Shown piece after piece: positions 39,186 to 53,285 of a stretch of 64,000 nt of DNA (positions within the stretch are counted from its first letter, which is position 1; each line of letters starts with the position of its first letter). Source of the DNA: Camelus dromedarius (taxonomy: Eukaryota); assembly GCF_036321535.1 (NCBI RefSeq), contig NC_087436.1, forward strand, positions 82,214,001-82,278,000. Direction: 5' to 3'. Made by a program: the position numbers and the translations under genes. Under the pieces are notes generated by a model that saw only the letters and a program-made list of their open reading frames with translations, searched no databases and was not told where the DNA came from.

Positions 39186-39237
39186 AACAGTATGATACAT
39201 CTTCAAAAACCCACAGTAATTCTCAGCAGGGAACATC
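39186..39237 (+). CDS. AFF1: AFF1 coding exon 7, (K)QYDTSSKTHSNSQQGT(S)
   Basis: ccctccctttacAG acceptor, ATC|GTAAGT donor, 52 nt (phase 1-2); continues the frame from exon 6. Confidence 0.95.
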
Positions 39238-42200
39238 GTAAGTAAAATGCTTATGTTTATTAAAAGTTTACATTGTAATTTCCCATGAAACTCTTGCATA
39301 GGTTTTTTATTTTCCCCTCCTTTGCTTTCAAGTAATGACTCAAAATACTGCTGCATTGTAAGGGGAAGAAATGACCTACATTTCCATTTGGATCCTATTG
39401 AAGGTTTAGGCACCGTAAGAGTTTGCTAAAGGGTATTCTCAAAAGGAAAGGCCTTTGAGCCATTATCTACATATTAACCGTGGGAAATAGAAGGCTTTTA
39501 GCTTTATAAATTTCAATCTTAAATAGCTTTAGCTTTTGGAAACAAATTTGGGGGGATGTGCACAATTTAAGATTTTCTGCCACTTTTTTGGCCTAATTTT
39601 AACTAATAAATAATGTCTTATTGCCCAGCTGTTCTTTATTAAGGCCAAGTAAGTCCAGATATATTTTGGGGTTTTTGGAACAGTTGAAACTACATAGTAA
39701 AGATTTTTAAACCAGCTTTTTGACCCAATTTGTCATTTCTTGCTGGTGTTGAACTCATATTCCTTTCACTTCATGACCAGCAGTGGTGAGGAGGGCTTCC
39801 TCTCTTGCAATCTGAGCGGGTACTAATGGCGTTGCTAGTCTCCACCTTCTGTTTTCTAAGCCTAGGATTTATCCATGTATTTTGGAAGGAGGTGTTGCTG
39901 TGGGTTGAATATTTTACAAAGCGTATAGTTGAGGCCAAGAGGTTTTTTGTCTCCTCACCGTGACTGCGTGTGGGGCTGGGTTAGATCTCTGTTCCCAAGG
40001 TCAGATCCTTCATCCGATTGTTTCGACTTCCCCAAAGTAAGAAAAAAAATAATGAGAGATTTATTGTTAAAAGACAAACTTGTTATAGTTTGAAGGATGA
40101 ATTTTTGTGCGTGTAATAAAAATCTCTTTCATTTGTAGGTCTGGCTGATGGTGAAGTTTTGCTTGCTAGGGAAAGAAATTAGCCCTATGTCAGTCTTCCC
40201 CTTTGTCTTTTTTGCCTTTTCTTTTTTCCCTTTTTGTTTCTTAAAAAAAAAGTTTATCCTGAGTTCTGAGAGTCTAGAGTCATCTCCTTAGATGACGTTA
40301 AGAGGAGGAGGTGGTTGGGGAAGCCAGTTGACGGCTGGTGGGGAACAGACACCGCGACTCCAAGGACCACGCTCAGGGCAATCCTGGGGAGCTCCGTTGC
40401 TTCCCCAAACCGTTACACCCTGTGCTCCTGGTAATGGTTGGAAGTAAAGCTCTTTAGACTGTAAGAAGCTCTGCTGATGTGTTTGGGGCAGCAAGGGCGG
40501 GGGAGTTGAAGAGCTTGCATCCCACTCACAGTAAGAACAGAAAGGAGGGGCTTCCTGAGGGGCGGAGCGGGTGGAGGCTGCTGGCTCCCTGGGCCGGTGT
40601 GTAGAGGGAGCAGGGCCATTGGGTCTGGCCCAGGCCTGAGAAGTCGCTTCAGACTAAGCAGTCCAGAGCACACCCTTCCACACCAGTTTCCATCAGCTTT
40701 CAGACTTAGGTAGTTGGTAGGGACTGACCACTTTCTATGATGATTTTGCTACTCAGAGAAATGGGTAGCTCTGATACGTGAGTTAAACTGAAAATCAGAG
40801 GTGTCTGAAAATTTATGACAGATATGCTTGTATCAGTAGCATACGTAGTGTTTTCTTTATAAAAAACTATTACCTTACCATGTATAAAATTACCTAGAAA
40901 AGAATATTTGTTTTGATCCCAATAGATTTAGAGCTGGGATGAACATAGGGCCCAGTGCAGGTGAAGAGGAAAAGAGTGGTGCAGGAGAGAAAGTAATCCT
41001 GAGGCGGGGTGGATACCGAGGGCTGTGTGGGGTGGCACTTTGCTAAGTGCCAAAATGAAATGTGCCTTTGGGAAAAAAGAATCACTTGTATGGAGATTGG
41101 ATGAAAGCAGTGTCCCAATTAATTTGTAAAGTGCAGTCATTGTTTCAGAGTTGGCATGGCAAATCTCTTGGTGTTTGCAGGTAGATTTGATCTAGTGTCA
41201 GCATCAGGGCTCTTTGACATGCAGTTAAACTATTTCAGTGACACATGGAGTGGCCGGAAGATCGTCTAATGCACTTTGAATGTTACGGAAAAAAAGTTAA
41301 TTACAGGGTCATTTGTACCTTGGTTTTAAAAACCAATCTAGGTCTTAATGCTTTTTCTTTCAGAGTTACTAGTACTCGGGACTCCTGACAGAAGTGGAGG
41401 AGTACTTATGAAAGGGAAAAAGAGGGGCCTGGCACTGGAGGATAAGCTTGTGGAGAGTCTGTATGAACTCTTACATCTGTCCAGACCTGGGGGCGGGTAG
41501 GTGTTAGCCAGGTGGTAGAAGGATGTAGCTGTGAAAGAAACAGGTGCTGAATCCGTTACTTTTAATCTCTGTAGTTGAAGCTCTGATTAGTTCTTAAATG
41601 ATGACCTCCTTCTGGCCAAGCACCTCAGGGAGGTGATTAGCTAGGATGTCAGTGTTATTTGCTTCTCAGTTTACGGGAGGGGATGTTGGTTTCAGGGCTC
41701 CTGGCTCTGGCATCTTTTTCCTTTCCAAGGCTTTGATCTGTTGAGTTCTCAGTGCAGAGTACGAAATAATTTCCTTTTTCTGTACAGTTGTAATGTCCTT
41801 CATATAATTGTGGAGAGTTCCCTTTCTGTACAGTCAGATGCAGTTGCCTAGTGTCAGTGAGTTGCCAGCCTCTCCAAAGGGATCACGTGTTACTGTTTTA
41901 CAAACTATAGAGTAGTTGATGGACATTATTGTGGCTGACTTCCGTCTTTCCCACCCCACTACCTACCCTGAAGTTGCCAAGCCTTACTAGAGGGTGCCCT
42001 CCTTTATTTGTCTAATTTTTGCTTCAAAAATCATCAGTACCTATTTCAACTCAGAGGTAGAAATTAGCAATTATAGCAATATGGGATTTTTATTACTTAC
42101 TTGGAAAATTTCTTTTGAAATGAGGGAAGTTTTTGGACGTGAAGACGGGGGTTGAGGTTGTCCCGAAAGTTGTACGAGAAGGAATGGTGCAGAGTTCAGT

Positions 42201-45200
42201 GATGGCTGGAAAGAATCTAACACCTTTCCACATAAGCCTGAGTTTTGGCTTTTACTCAAAACTTCACTGGTTTTTTAAATATCTTAGCAAAGAACTAAGG
42301 AAGACCCATCCTGTCAGTTTACTGTAATATAAAACCATCACATCAGGACACATGTGTCAGCTGAAATATCTTAGAATTCAGCCCAAAGAAACGGCTTACT
42401 TGTACCAGTTCGTTTAAATCATAACTGCCGTAGGAAAAAATTTTTTTTCCTTTTCTAGATACTTCTTTTTGTCTTGTTTTTAAATGCTAGCTCATGCTGT
42501 GTGAAGGTGCTTCACCTGGGGCCTTATTCCAATGACAGCTTTAGCTTCAAGTGCTACTTGCTGCTGAACATTATGGAGGAAGTGGTAGAAGTCACCCCTA
42601 GGAGCAAAACTTATAAATTATTTGTCCTTGAGATCATACCACTGTCCTGTATGCACAGTTCTTCAGCTCTTCTGAAAACAAGGAACAAACACTGGCCTGG
42701 TCAGTGATATGCTTGTGAGTCTACGTTAAACCTTCAGCATCTCAGTGTAAATGGAGATCCTGTGGTTAATGCTAGTTCTCAGGACTCAGATACCTGGTAT
42801 TGCTGAAGAAAGATGCACTTTACTTTTCACTCTCAACTTAACAAGTGATTGAGTTTTTAAGTGAGTTAATATTAGCCATGCTATGGAGAAATGAGAATTT
42901 GTAATATTGAGTATTGAATAATTTCCATTCTTAAGTGAAAGCAAACAAATGGTCATTCCGTGCAATGTTTGAAAAATCTGCTTATTTCAGAATTATAGTT
43001 GCTAGGACACATTAAATCAATATTTAGTAAATACTGAAATTTCCAAATGCAGAATCACCTTTCCCCATCTGCGCTGTCCTGTAACTAGCTCATGGCAGAA
43101 TTACAGTCGTTTGGGGTAGTCAGTTCTTGGAGTTCTGGCTTTACTAGACAATATTCCAGGACTCTTGCAGGGCACTATTTAACTTCACATCGTATACAAC
43201 TTAGTGGTAGAAACTTGCATAAATGTTGAAGGGATATTCTGGTGAAGCTATGAAATGAAGCATAATTCTCAATTATAATCAAATGTTTAATTATAAATAA
43301 TTAAATATATATATCAATTTAATTATATGTTATAATTTTAAAGAATTATAAAAATACAGATAAGATGCTGGAGGATTATCTCCTTCAAAGTATTTCTCCT
43401 GGAGCTATACTTTCTTAAATGATGGCTTGAACTACTCTGGGAGCACCCTTTTAGGATAATATATACTTCCAAAACTTGGTCTTAGACCAAAGGTCAAATA
43501 AAATGGACAAAAAGAATAAATTTATCAAGTGCCTGTTGTCTAATAGATAAGTGTAATGTAAATGAGTTTATAGTCTACATAAGAAGAATCATTCTCGTCA
43601 TTCTTTAACATGCTTTTGACCCCAATTATATAAATATTATTCTCTGGGCTTGGCGCCAGGTGACTTGGAGATAGTTTCAAAAATGGCCTCCATTCATCCA
43701 TTCAGTGCATAATGATTGAACACATGCTGTGTGCCTGCTGCTGGTTTAGGTATTTGGGGAAATTGTAGCCAGTAAGACAAAGTTGTTGTCTTGCATGTCT
43801 GGTAACTAAACACGGGTGGCATGTAATATAGACTAGGTGATGTGATAGTGACAGGCTAGGGGAAGCAGCTTTTTTGGGTGCTGCTGATACTTCTGGGAGG
43901 GTCAGGAAAGGTCTTTCAGAGAAGGCGATATTTGATCTGGAGCCTGAATGATGAGAGGGAGGCAGAGAATACTTGCTACCTTTAAAGGGGCTAAATAGGC
44001 TGCCGCTTTGCAGTAACTCACCTGTCTATAAGCAATGTTAAATAGGTATATGATTGTCAGCTGCAGTTTTTCTAGATTTTGTTTCTAGTTGTCCAGTATA
44101 GCATCTTGTACTAGTATCTTACTTAGCATACATAAAAATTTAATCTTATTTATTAACTTCAAACTTTCTCTCATTTATACTGTCATGATTTTTCTTATAT
44201 CCTTATTTGACCTCAGATAATTATTTTTTTGACCTCAGATAATCCTCTCTTCATCCACAAAGTTTAAATAATCTTTTATACCTCTGGCCACAATTTTACC
44301 ATAATTTTACCATCAGCCATAAGCTCACTACTATAGCCGAATCACTTTCCCCTCTACCTTGTTAATCCATCATCTCTTGCATACAGCCTCTCCACGAATT
44401 TGAATTCTGCCAACTGTTGTCACCGTTTGGAGAGTTCCCCTTGTATGCTGTGTCACAACTGCTTAATGTCTGCTTTTTCATTTTTTAAATTTATTTTATA
44501 TGGAGCGAGCCCTCTTTCTAATTTGTCACTTCTCACCATCTCCTACAAAGCATTTGCAGTCCTGATTTTTGCCCCGTATCAAAATAGAAATCAAAGCCTG
44601 ATTAAATTTAAACATTTGGGAAATGTGAGAATTGTGTAAGTTTACATATTCTCACATGCTCATTAATGGTTTCTGAAAAATATGTACCACTTTATTTGCT
44701 ATTTTAAGCACACCTAATACCAGGGTTGTGACTTTTTAATTGCAAATAACTGCTTGAACTTGCCTCCACTTGCTCTTTTGCAAATAGAATGTATGGCACG
44801 ATCATAGGAAATGTTAAGCCAAGGAATCAGTGTATTGAAACAGTTTGGGAGTTCTGAACTGAGATGTTACAGAAGCTTTGGGCAAGTCCAGTGCTAAGGA
44901 ACGGAAAAGGAGTGAAGGCTTGTCTGGTGTGTCTTCACACAGTAACGGTTGTCCTCTGAGCCCCTGAAGCGTGCCTGCCAGAACCTGTACGGCTCTCCCC
45001 GCTTTGTAGAACAGCTGCCTGAAGGATGCATTTGTACAAAGGAGACTGAGGACTGTTTGTAACCTTTTAGTAAGAAGTTTACCTAACCAATGATGTGAAA
45101 TGTGGTTAAACCTACATGGTAGTTCAAAGAGTGGCTTTACCTGAGCACTTGTCTTCTTTTGAACAGTGCCAAGCTAAGCCAGATGGTGCCATGTCTTTGA

Positions 45201-45454
45201 AATAACTGGTTTACCCTGGAGTTTGGAAATGAAATTAGTTATTTGACCAGTTTTAAAAGTATATAAGGTTTAAAGTTCATTAATTTTCATAGGGGAGAAA
45301 TGGTATATTCATTTTATTCCAGCAGTATAGTTACTATTTTCATCCAAATCCTAGTCTTTCTCTCAGTGGGTTCTGTAACTTAGATTTCATTCCATCTGTT
45401 AGGTTTTCTAACCACTGTCCGTTATGGGCCAGAGCAAGGAGATCATATCCAGAT

Positions 45455-45640
45455 GGAATGGATTTTGCATGCCAGGTCCAGCATATACCAGCTTCATGAT
45501 CTTAGGCAAATTAGGTGGCTGTTCTGAGCTGTTTCCTCATCTTTAGAATGTGAGATGATCAGAGCCAGCCCACAGGGTTGCTACTATAAGCAATGCTTGT
45601 CAAGTTCATTCAGATCACACAGAGGGCACAGTTAGGTGGT
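45455..45640 (+). mobile_element. MIR SINE relic
   Basis: tgatcttaggcaaatta...ctgagctgtttcctcatctttagaatg...cacagggttgct core. Confidence 0.6.
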
Positions 45641-48560
45641 ACTGTTACTTGTTCAGCAAAAGGGACACTATTCATTCAGCCAGCTTCTTAGGGTACCTGC
45701 CAAGTTCTAGGTATAGAAAATACGAAAGTGAAAATGACTTGATCCTGCCCCAGAAAAGCTTACGGTTGAGTACGTACCTTCGGTCTTAGTTTTCTTGACC
45801 TAGGTTTTATTGGTATGTGTGAGATTGGGTCTAAGAGATTTAATTCTTTTCTGCTGAGTACGGAGGTGCTCACCCAGATGTGATGTAACTAAGTTTGTCA
45901 TTCTACACATTCAAGGACCAACCTAGTATATAAAATACGAAGTATAACAGAGTAGCTTACATTATACTAGCATAGTATAACTGGTGTAGTAATTCAGTAA
46001 TGTGATTAGCTCCAAGTATAATTATCTGTGGCACAAGTAGAGGGTTTTAGCAACTGATTCCTTTAAACATAAAACCTTTACCTGTCATCAGGTTACATTT
46101 TCCCAACTATATAGATCTTAAAAAAAAAAAAAACTCACAATGGTATTTATGATTAATTTTATATATTTCTATATATCAAAACTTAGTCATGTTTTTTAAG
46201 TAAACTTTTTTCTTATTAGAGACACAATACATGTTTGCTATCAGAAACTTTAGAAAGTACCCTTCCCTCACTCCTGGTTTATGTCGAGCTACCCATCTCT
46301 GGTGATACAATAAACCATGGTTTCTGGGAGGTTCTGTGCGTACCATTGGCTGGGTTGGAAGACACATTACACTATGTCTGCCGGTTCTTGTGTCAAATAA
46401 ATTATATCCATGAATTTTGATTAAATGAAATCCCATGTGTAAATCCTTAGTACTATGTAAGTGACGTTTTGTTTGACCGTATTGGTTTATCTTTTGTTTG
46501 TTTGTTTTGAGTGAATGCATCTTTGGAGATGCCTGTAGCAATCTGCCTTCAGAGGCCACTGTCCCTCAACTCTTTAGGTCCTGAGTAAGATTTCTACCTG
46601 CAGGCCTGTGTTTGTTATTGTCTACCTACTGCTCCGAAAGCGAAGTTTTCAGGATCTGGGACAGCACTTTTATGGCCCCTTTTATTCCGTAAGAGCAAGT
46701 AGAGCTAAAAGTTAGAATATATACTTTCTGATATACTGAACATACATTATATTCTTTCTGACTTTAGAAGAATCTGTGCGTGGAAGCTAGGCAGACAGCT
46801 TGCAGGGTATTTAGTCCTCTGCTTGTAACAGGAGGCATGGTTGGACTATACAGTCATCAGTGTTTTGGGAAATTAAGAAAAATCAGCTTTATACTAAACA
46901 AACCCAATAACTAAGAAACAAAAAGTCCATTTCCTGTGATTTTGTTGTTGTTGATTAATACTGAATATACTCTGCCGGATTTTTTTTTATTGTATTATAT
47001 TAACATTTGTTCTAAAGATAAATCTTTTATCTTTTGCTTGTGTGTATGCCAGGCAAGCCACCTTTTAGCAGTAAACCTATTGAGTGACTTTTTTCATATA
47101 CACTCTTGTGATTGGTGCTGCCAAGCCTATATCTGAAAGCTATGTCTTCTAGTTTTGCTAAAATATGAATTTAGCTTCTACTAGATAAATACTGAGCAAG
47201 ATCTACATTTACAAGTAGCTAACAGTTTTCGTATTTTTAAAGAAACTCATCACAAGATTTTTTTAGTACATTTGTTGGTGGAAATACATCCTTGGCAGAA
47301 TTACAACATCGTATGTAGGTGGTCATTGTGAAAGAGCCAAGTTTTATCACTTCTTTTCATTAGAAAATATAGTGATTTTTACCATGGATTCCCAAAATAA
47401 TCGTGCACGCTTATTTCAGTGATAGGTAGTGAGTTTGCAGTAAAATTTTTGGTCAGAGTATTGAAGGGGTATTTTTAGAAATACCAAAGGATTGTAACTT
47501 CTAATACAGTTTGCTTTTCGGAGCATCAATAATAGTCATGCAGATATTTTTTTCAGTTTCATTTGTAACACTTCCTGAAATATTCACGCTCAAAACTTCT
47601 GTGAGAAGTGGGAGGGAGCAATTACAGATTCATTCCGTTGATACTGGTATCTTCATGGAAGAAGGTGAAGGAGGGAGGGGGATAGGAAAGTGGGCTAAGA
47701 CTTGAGTAAAGATTTACAGATTTGGAATTGTGTGCTTTTAATATTTAGGTTTGTCATAAACCAGGGTGCCTAGAGATAAGTGTTAATAAAACTTTGAGGA
47801 AGTGAACTGAGTTTTTATTTTTACCTGAATGATAGCAGTAAGGTAAAACATATTTTTAGACAACAGTGTTATTTGTATAACTACTCTTTCCACTGATTCG
47901 TGTTCAGGCAGACAAAAGAGGAGGCGTGTGTGTGTGAGTGTGTGTGTGAGAGAATAAGCTCAATATTAATAATAATGTCTTTTGAACAAAAATGTAACGT
48001 AACTGACTGCACTGTTTGGTGACAGTTGCCTCAGTAAGCCTCATACATCTTAACTATATATTTTATTTTAATTCATAGATAGCACTTTTGAAGTACCTGG
48101 TACTGTTCTAAGTACTTTACAGATATTCATTCATCCAATATTAACTCATTGAATGTTTAATCATTTATTCCCGTTGTTAAGAGACCATAGGAAAAAAAAT
48201 TTTATTGTATTTTTTCTCTTTTACTTCTTTTTCTTGTTGTTTGTTTTATTTGTGTGGGCCTGGGAACTTTAGTCTCAGGGATGGCAGAAAGCCCCTTGTA
48301 GAACTTGTAGTTCTGTTTTTAATGCTCAGAACATGTGAAAGATTCAGTTTTGAGATGGTAAAGAGCTTGGACTGAACTAGTTTCTGTGTTATAATTGTAA
48401 AAATTAACATTTCCAGGAAAATAAAGTATTTGATAAATAAAAGTTACACCTATCCCATCACTCCTTCTGTTTCGTTAAGCATATTTTCTGTTTATCTGCT
48501 GAAAGAAGTTACTAGACATTATTTTAAACTCCACACTGTCTCTGTCCCTGCCCATTCCAG

Positions 48561-48615
48561 CATGCTCAAAGATGACCTTCAGCTCAGTGACAGTGAGGAC
48601 AGTGACAGCGATCAA
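48561..48615 (+). CDS. AFF1: AFF1 coding exon 8, (S)MLKDDLQLSDSEDSDSDQ, containing the DLXLS motif of the pSER domain
   Basis: cccattccAG acceptor, CAA|GTAAGT donor, 55 nt (phase 2-0); DLQLS at 48574-48588. Confidence 0.96.
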
Positions 48616-48739
48616 GTAAGTTTTGTACACCCCCCAGTACCAGGAGTCCATTTAAGTCCATCTAATATTTCTGAGCCACTTATCCTAACCTTTTTTTGTT
48701 CTTTTCCTCTTCCTTCTTACCCTTAATGTGAATGCCTAG

Positions 48740-48777
48740 ACCCCAGAGAAGCCTTCTTCCACATCTGCACCTCCAAG
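48740..48777 (+). CDS. AFF1: AFF1 coding exon 9, TPEKPSSTSAPP(S)
   Basis: gcctAG acceptor after a 124-nt intron, AAG|GTACCG donor, 38 nt (phase 0-2). Confidence 0.93.
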
Positions 48778-50337
48778 GTACCGTGTGCGGGTTCCTCCCC
48801 ATCTGTATAAAATGTTTGCTTTTTTCTACCAAATGGGGAAAATGCAGCCTTATTTAGCACTTTCATAGCTTCATTATGGGAGAAGGAGATAGAGGATCAG
48901 TTAAAAGAAATTACCTGTCTAATATTTTAGAAGCTTAAATCAGCCCTAGGGAGGTTGTTAATGCTACAAAAGAGAAACTCCCTGCCTCCACCTAAATCTT
49001 TATTTAGTTTTGTGTTTAAAATGCTCAAGAGGTTAAAAATAGGCGTAAGTCACTTTCATCAGTAACCAGTATTTGAAAAATTACACTGAAGAGCCCTATG
49101 TTTTTATGAAAGTGACTGATTTGCTGTATTTTTTCTAAAAAAAAAAGAGTGAATTGTTTCTAGAAATTATTTTCCATAGTGCCTGTCTTAGTTCTGAATT
49201 TTCTAATTGTTTCAGCTGCTTTTAAAAATGACTGCATTTTAGTGTGATGGAAAGTGGGATGGTTTTTACTTTGTAAACAGCTAGCCATATTTGAGAAGAT
49301 GATGCTTTTAGTTTTTGGAAATGCAAGCTCTCTAAACTACCTTTTTAACCATTTCCTCTGGTACTGAGTTTAATGCTTTAATATGCCAATAGCTGTCCTC
49401 CATGGACAAATTGTTCGATTACACTGTAGCTGTTTTACTCCCTTGAGACGTGGTGATCTAGTCTGAGACAAACTCAGCACTAAGAACCTGCCTCTAATAC
49501 AGCTGAGGTTATAGTTAATGTGGAGGAAGATCATGTAGTTATGCAAAGTCTTAAGAATTCATAAGCACAGCTTACTTATTTCTATCCCATTTTGTTCAGT
49601 AATTTCTGGTGTCTTATAACAACTTATAAAATATGACAAAGTAACCTAACTTAAAAGTGGAGTGGGGGAAAAGGAAAAGTCAAGGTAGAGGATATACTAG
49701 AGGCAGGAATAATACTGAAAGTGTGTCTCATTCTGATTATCTCCGGCTGAAGCTTTCCAGCTACCACAAATTTGACGCAACATTTTATATGAGAATATTC
49801 TGTTGTATAGTGCTTATTTTAAAATTGCATCAGCTAGTGACTTTGTTATTATCTAATAATTTTTTGTTATTCTACTTATTCTAATATAATTAATACAATT
49901 ATTTTGGAAATACTTTAGGTTGATTTGGAGGCTTTCAGGATTAGAGTTATTGACTTACTGCTTTGGCTAATTCTGTGTAGGGCAAGGTTTTACGATATGC
50001 TTTGAAATTCTGTGTCTATGTGTCCAGCAGTGTGATCACTGTGTGTTTTCTCACCCATCTAGAGTTATTGCCCTGTCCTTAAAACTCGGAGTAGTTAATC
50101 TCTCCTTCAGCTAATGTTTGGGGATGATGCTAAGCCACCTTGAAAGGATGGCCCATTTTATGATTCTGCCCAAGAAGAAGTGTGAGTGGATTGCCTTTGA
50201 GGACACTTTCCAGAGGAACACCGTTTATATTCAGTAGTCTCTGGCTACTCTACAGGTGGTTCTCACATTGAGAATAGAGGGAGATTTTAACGTATTGGCT
50301 GTTCTTTTATAAATTAACTCCTTTGGGTTTTGTATTG

Positions 50338-50539
50338 CAGGCATCAGCAAACTTAAAAGGGTCAGAAAGTAAATATTTTATGCTTTGTGGGCCACATATC
50401 TGTGTTGCAACTCCTTGACTCTGCTTTTGTATTATAGAAGCAGCCGTAGAGAATACATAAAATAACATGTGGATGTGTTCTAATAAAACTTTATTTAGAA
50501 AAGCAGGCAGCCAGCTCAGGCCATGGTTTGCTAACCCCT
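50338..50539 (-). mobile_element. MER58A-like hAT DNA transposon relic
   Basis: caggcatcagcaaact...gtaaatatttt...aataaaactttattt...gtttgctaacccct with degenerate terminal inverted repeats. Confidence 0.8.
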
Positions 50540-50779
50540 AATTTAAAGCACCCAGCATCTCACTTACATTTCATATAACCCCAATGTTCTTTGGGAGCAG
50601 AATGCCACAGGCTTCTCTTTTATGCGCTTACGTGGTGAGTCGTTTTAAGGGTTTTCACGGATTTTGCAGCCACTGTGGGCCTCTCAACTGGATGCTCTGG
50701 TCATTGAGTTTTGTTAGGGAGTCTTGAGGTCCTTTCTTTCGAGTAGCAGAAAAATGGGCAAAGAAGGAAATGAGGAAGG

Positions 50780-51135
50780 AGGGAGGGAATCCGCCTCGCA
50801 GGGTCCTCCTGACTCTCGCCCGGTTGCTTTGCAGCGCTCCACAGTCGCTTCCAGAAGCAGCGGCCTCAGCACATTCCAGCAGCGCCGAGTCAGAGAGCAC
50901 CAGTGACTCAGACAGCTCCTCGGACTCGGAGAGCGAGAGCAGCTCAAGTGACAGCGAGGAGAACGAGCCCCGAGAAGCCCCGGCTCCCGAGGTACCGGGT
51001 CCCCTCCCGGCCGTGGTCTCAGGGGCGCGGTCCGTGGCCGGGGCTGGAGTCGCCGCGGTGGGGCCCGCGGGCGGCGTGGTCCTGCTGCCCCGCACGCGCA
51101 TGCGCAGCCAGCCGTGTCTGTTTACTGGTTTCTTC
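50780..51135. promoter_or_regulatory. Intragenic CpG island over exon 10 and the 5' end of the next intron, with NRF1 consensus CGCGCATGCGCA at 51095-51106
   Basis: Dense CpG and very high GC against AT-rich flanks; the motif is read directly. Function is inferred. Confidence 0.6.
50835..50991 (+). CDS. AFF1: AFF1 coding exon 10, Ser/Asp/Glu-rich (SDE) part of the pSER domain, (S)APQSLPEAAASAHSSSAESES...EAPAPE
   Basis: ttgctttgcAG acceptor, GAG|GTACCG donor, 157 nt (phase 2-0); peptide lies within ORF 50770..51228. Confidence 0.96.
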
Positions 51136-53285
51136 CCAGACGTGTGGCAATGGAGGTTTGGGAGAGAAGTCGTCTGTCTCCTGTTTAAGACGATAGGTTC
51201 TTTCCCATTGTTGCTAGAGCTGTTTTGAAGAGCATCTCATTAAGAATGTGCATACCCCATTTTCTCTTCCCTTCTTTAGAGGAGGAAAACTCATTTCATT
51301 TGGCTGCTGTTCTAATATTAATAAGGAGTCTTTTTGAAATTTTAGGAATGCGTGAATTAAGGAAATCAAAAGGAGACAGCCTGATTTAGCAAAGGGCAGG
51401 AACGTGAACTAGAAATAAGCCTTCAGAGGTTCTATTTTTGAATCACTAAAAGCCATGCATTAAATTGATGGCAAAGTGATTTTGCCAGCACTGAGTTTCT
51501 TGCTCCCTCCTTCCCATGAAAGCAGGGATAATTGTGTTTGCCTGTCACCCACCCTTGGGAGATACTATGAAGACAAACAGATGAGACTGAAAATCTCAAG
51601 CACTAAATTTATCTGGAGGATTTATACTATTTACTGGATTGTTAAACACCAGAAATTTAGTAACAACTAACACGGTTGCCAAATGTCCTCAAAACTTAAG
51701 AGTAGCAATGTGAAATGTTTGCTGGGGAAGGATACTTAGTGAAAAGGGAAGGTATTTTTAGTGAACCCAGCTAGCATGTATGTAGAAAATTATTTTACAT
51801 GTTTTAGGTAGGAATCTCAGGAAATGAGGTTCTCTGATTAAGAAAGCGTTAAAAGTTTTCAGTGTTCGTCCTGCTGTTTAGAAAGCAAGGCCACTGCCCT
51901 AGAGCACTAACCAAATACATCTGGAGATGATGAAGTGAGACTGAGGAGCCATGTCCCAGGGCAAGGGAGGTTGAGGAAATAACTGAGTGTCATCTTCTTT
52001 GTTGTTCATGAATTCTGTCTGGCACAGAGTAAGTGCGCAGTAAATATTTTGTGGAGTGAATAAACAGATCAGCATTAGCTGCACTTGAAGTGCCTTTAAG
52101 ATTTTAGAAACTGCTCAGTTTCTGGGGGCACTGCTTCCTGGTAAGATGGTAATTGCTGTTGAAGGAATTTTTCTATGTCCCAGGGAACAAGGTACCAAAT
52201 GTGTGCTGCAGAAATGCTGTGGTTGTTCACGTTGCTGTTCATCAGATCTGTGCTCTCTGTCTCACCTTATTCACTCAGAGATCTGCATGCGTGTTTGATT
52301 CCTGATATAAGCAAGTGAATCCAACTAAATCATCACATTCTTTTCAAATAAAATGGGAATGGCACAGATTTGGTTGAATAATTGAAACTTGAAAAGAATT
52401 TTATCTCGTACTTGTAGTAATGAAAGTTATATATCTTGTTTCTCAAAAGGTTACCAGACTAGATTTAGAGGCTCTTAGATGAAAAATAGATGTTCCTATT
52501 CTACTTTACTTTTTAAAATCACCTTCCTAAATAGGTTCATATTTGTACATGTGTTGATGTGCAAATCTGGACTTGAGTATGGCTTTGTATGTTATGTATC
52601 AAAGCCTGGCTTCCTCAGAAATATTTTGTCTTTGCAGATTTTAAACTTTTATTTACTTTTCTCCCAAGGTATTTAGCAACGTTTCTCTCCTTTTAAAATA
52701 AATACCTGCATTACTGTAAATCTGTGTTAGTTGAGAGTTACATGAATTCCATAATAGGCCATAGTTACTAGTTTTAACTTTCTCACCCTTTTATTTTTAA
52801 TGCTGAGAAATTTGCTCTTTAGGACTCCATTTTAAATTCATTTGATGAAGAAGCCCTGTGATCTTATGAGATCTGAAATGTTGTGTGTGTGTGTCAATGG
52901 GCTGGTGGTAAACTTGGGGGAAAGCCACTTTCAGTCTCTGCTTTATAGTGTGAGTCAGAATGTGGATCTCAGCTTTTGAGAATACGTGGGCCACGTCACA
53001 TTTGTAGTGCTGCACTTAAGCAGTAGAAATGTGAAGTTTAGGGGAAAATGATTATTTTCCCAGTTATTCAGGGGTCTGCTTAGTTTTCTGATCTCTTCAT
53101 TGTCCAGTTCTTTGGTAGTAAACTATTGTGGTTGATTACCTGCTAAGCAGCTTTGTCTTTTCTCTTAAGTTTTGGGCTCATATTCCCTCACAACTATGAT
53201 TTTTTTACTGAAAAAGTAGAATGTGTGTTGTGACTAGAAAAGCTTTTTATTCAAAATCATAATTCAGTCTAAAATACACAAACTT

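Noticed and set aside
50655..51228. ORFs of 148 aa (-) and 152 aa (+) over exon 10
   Set aside because: The + ORF is exon 10 with intronic read-through; the - ORF is its GC-rich shadow.
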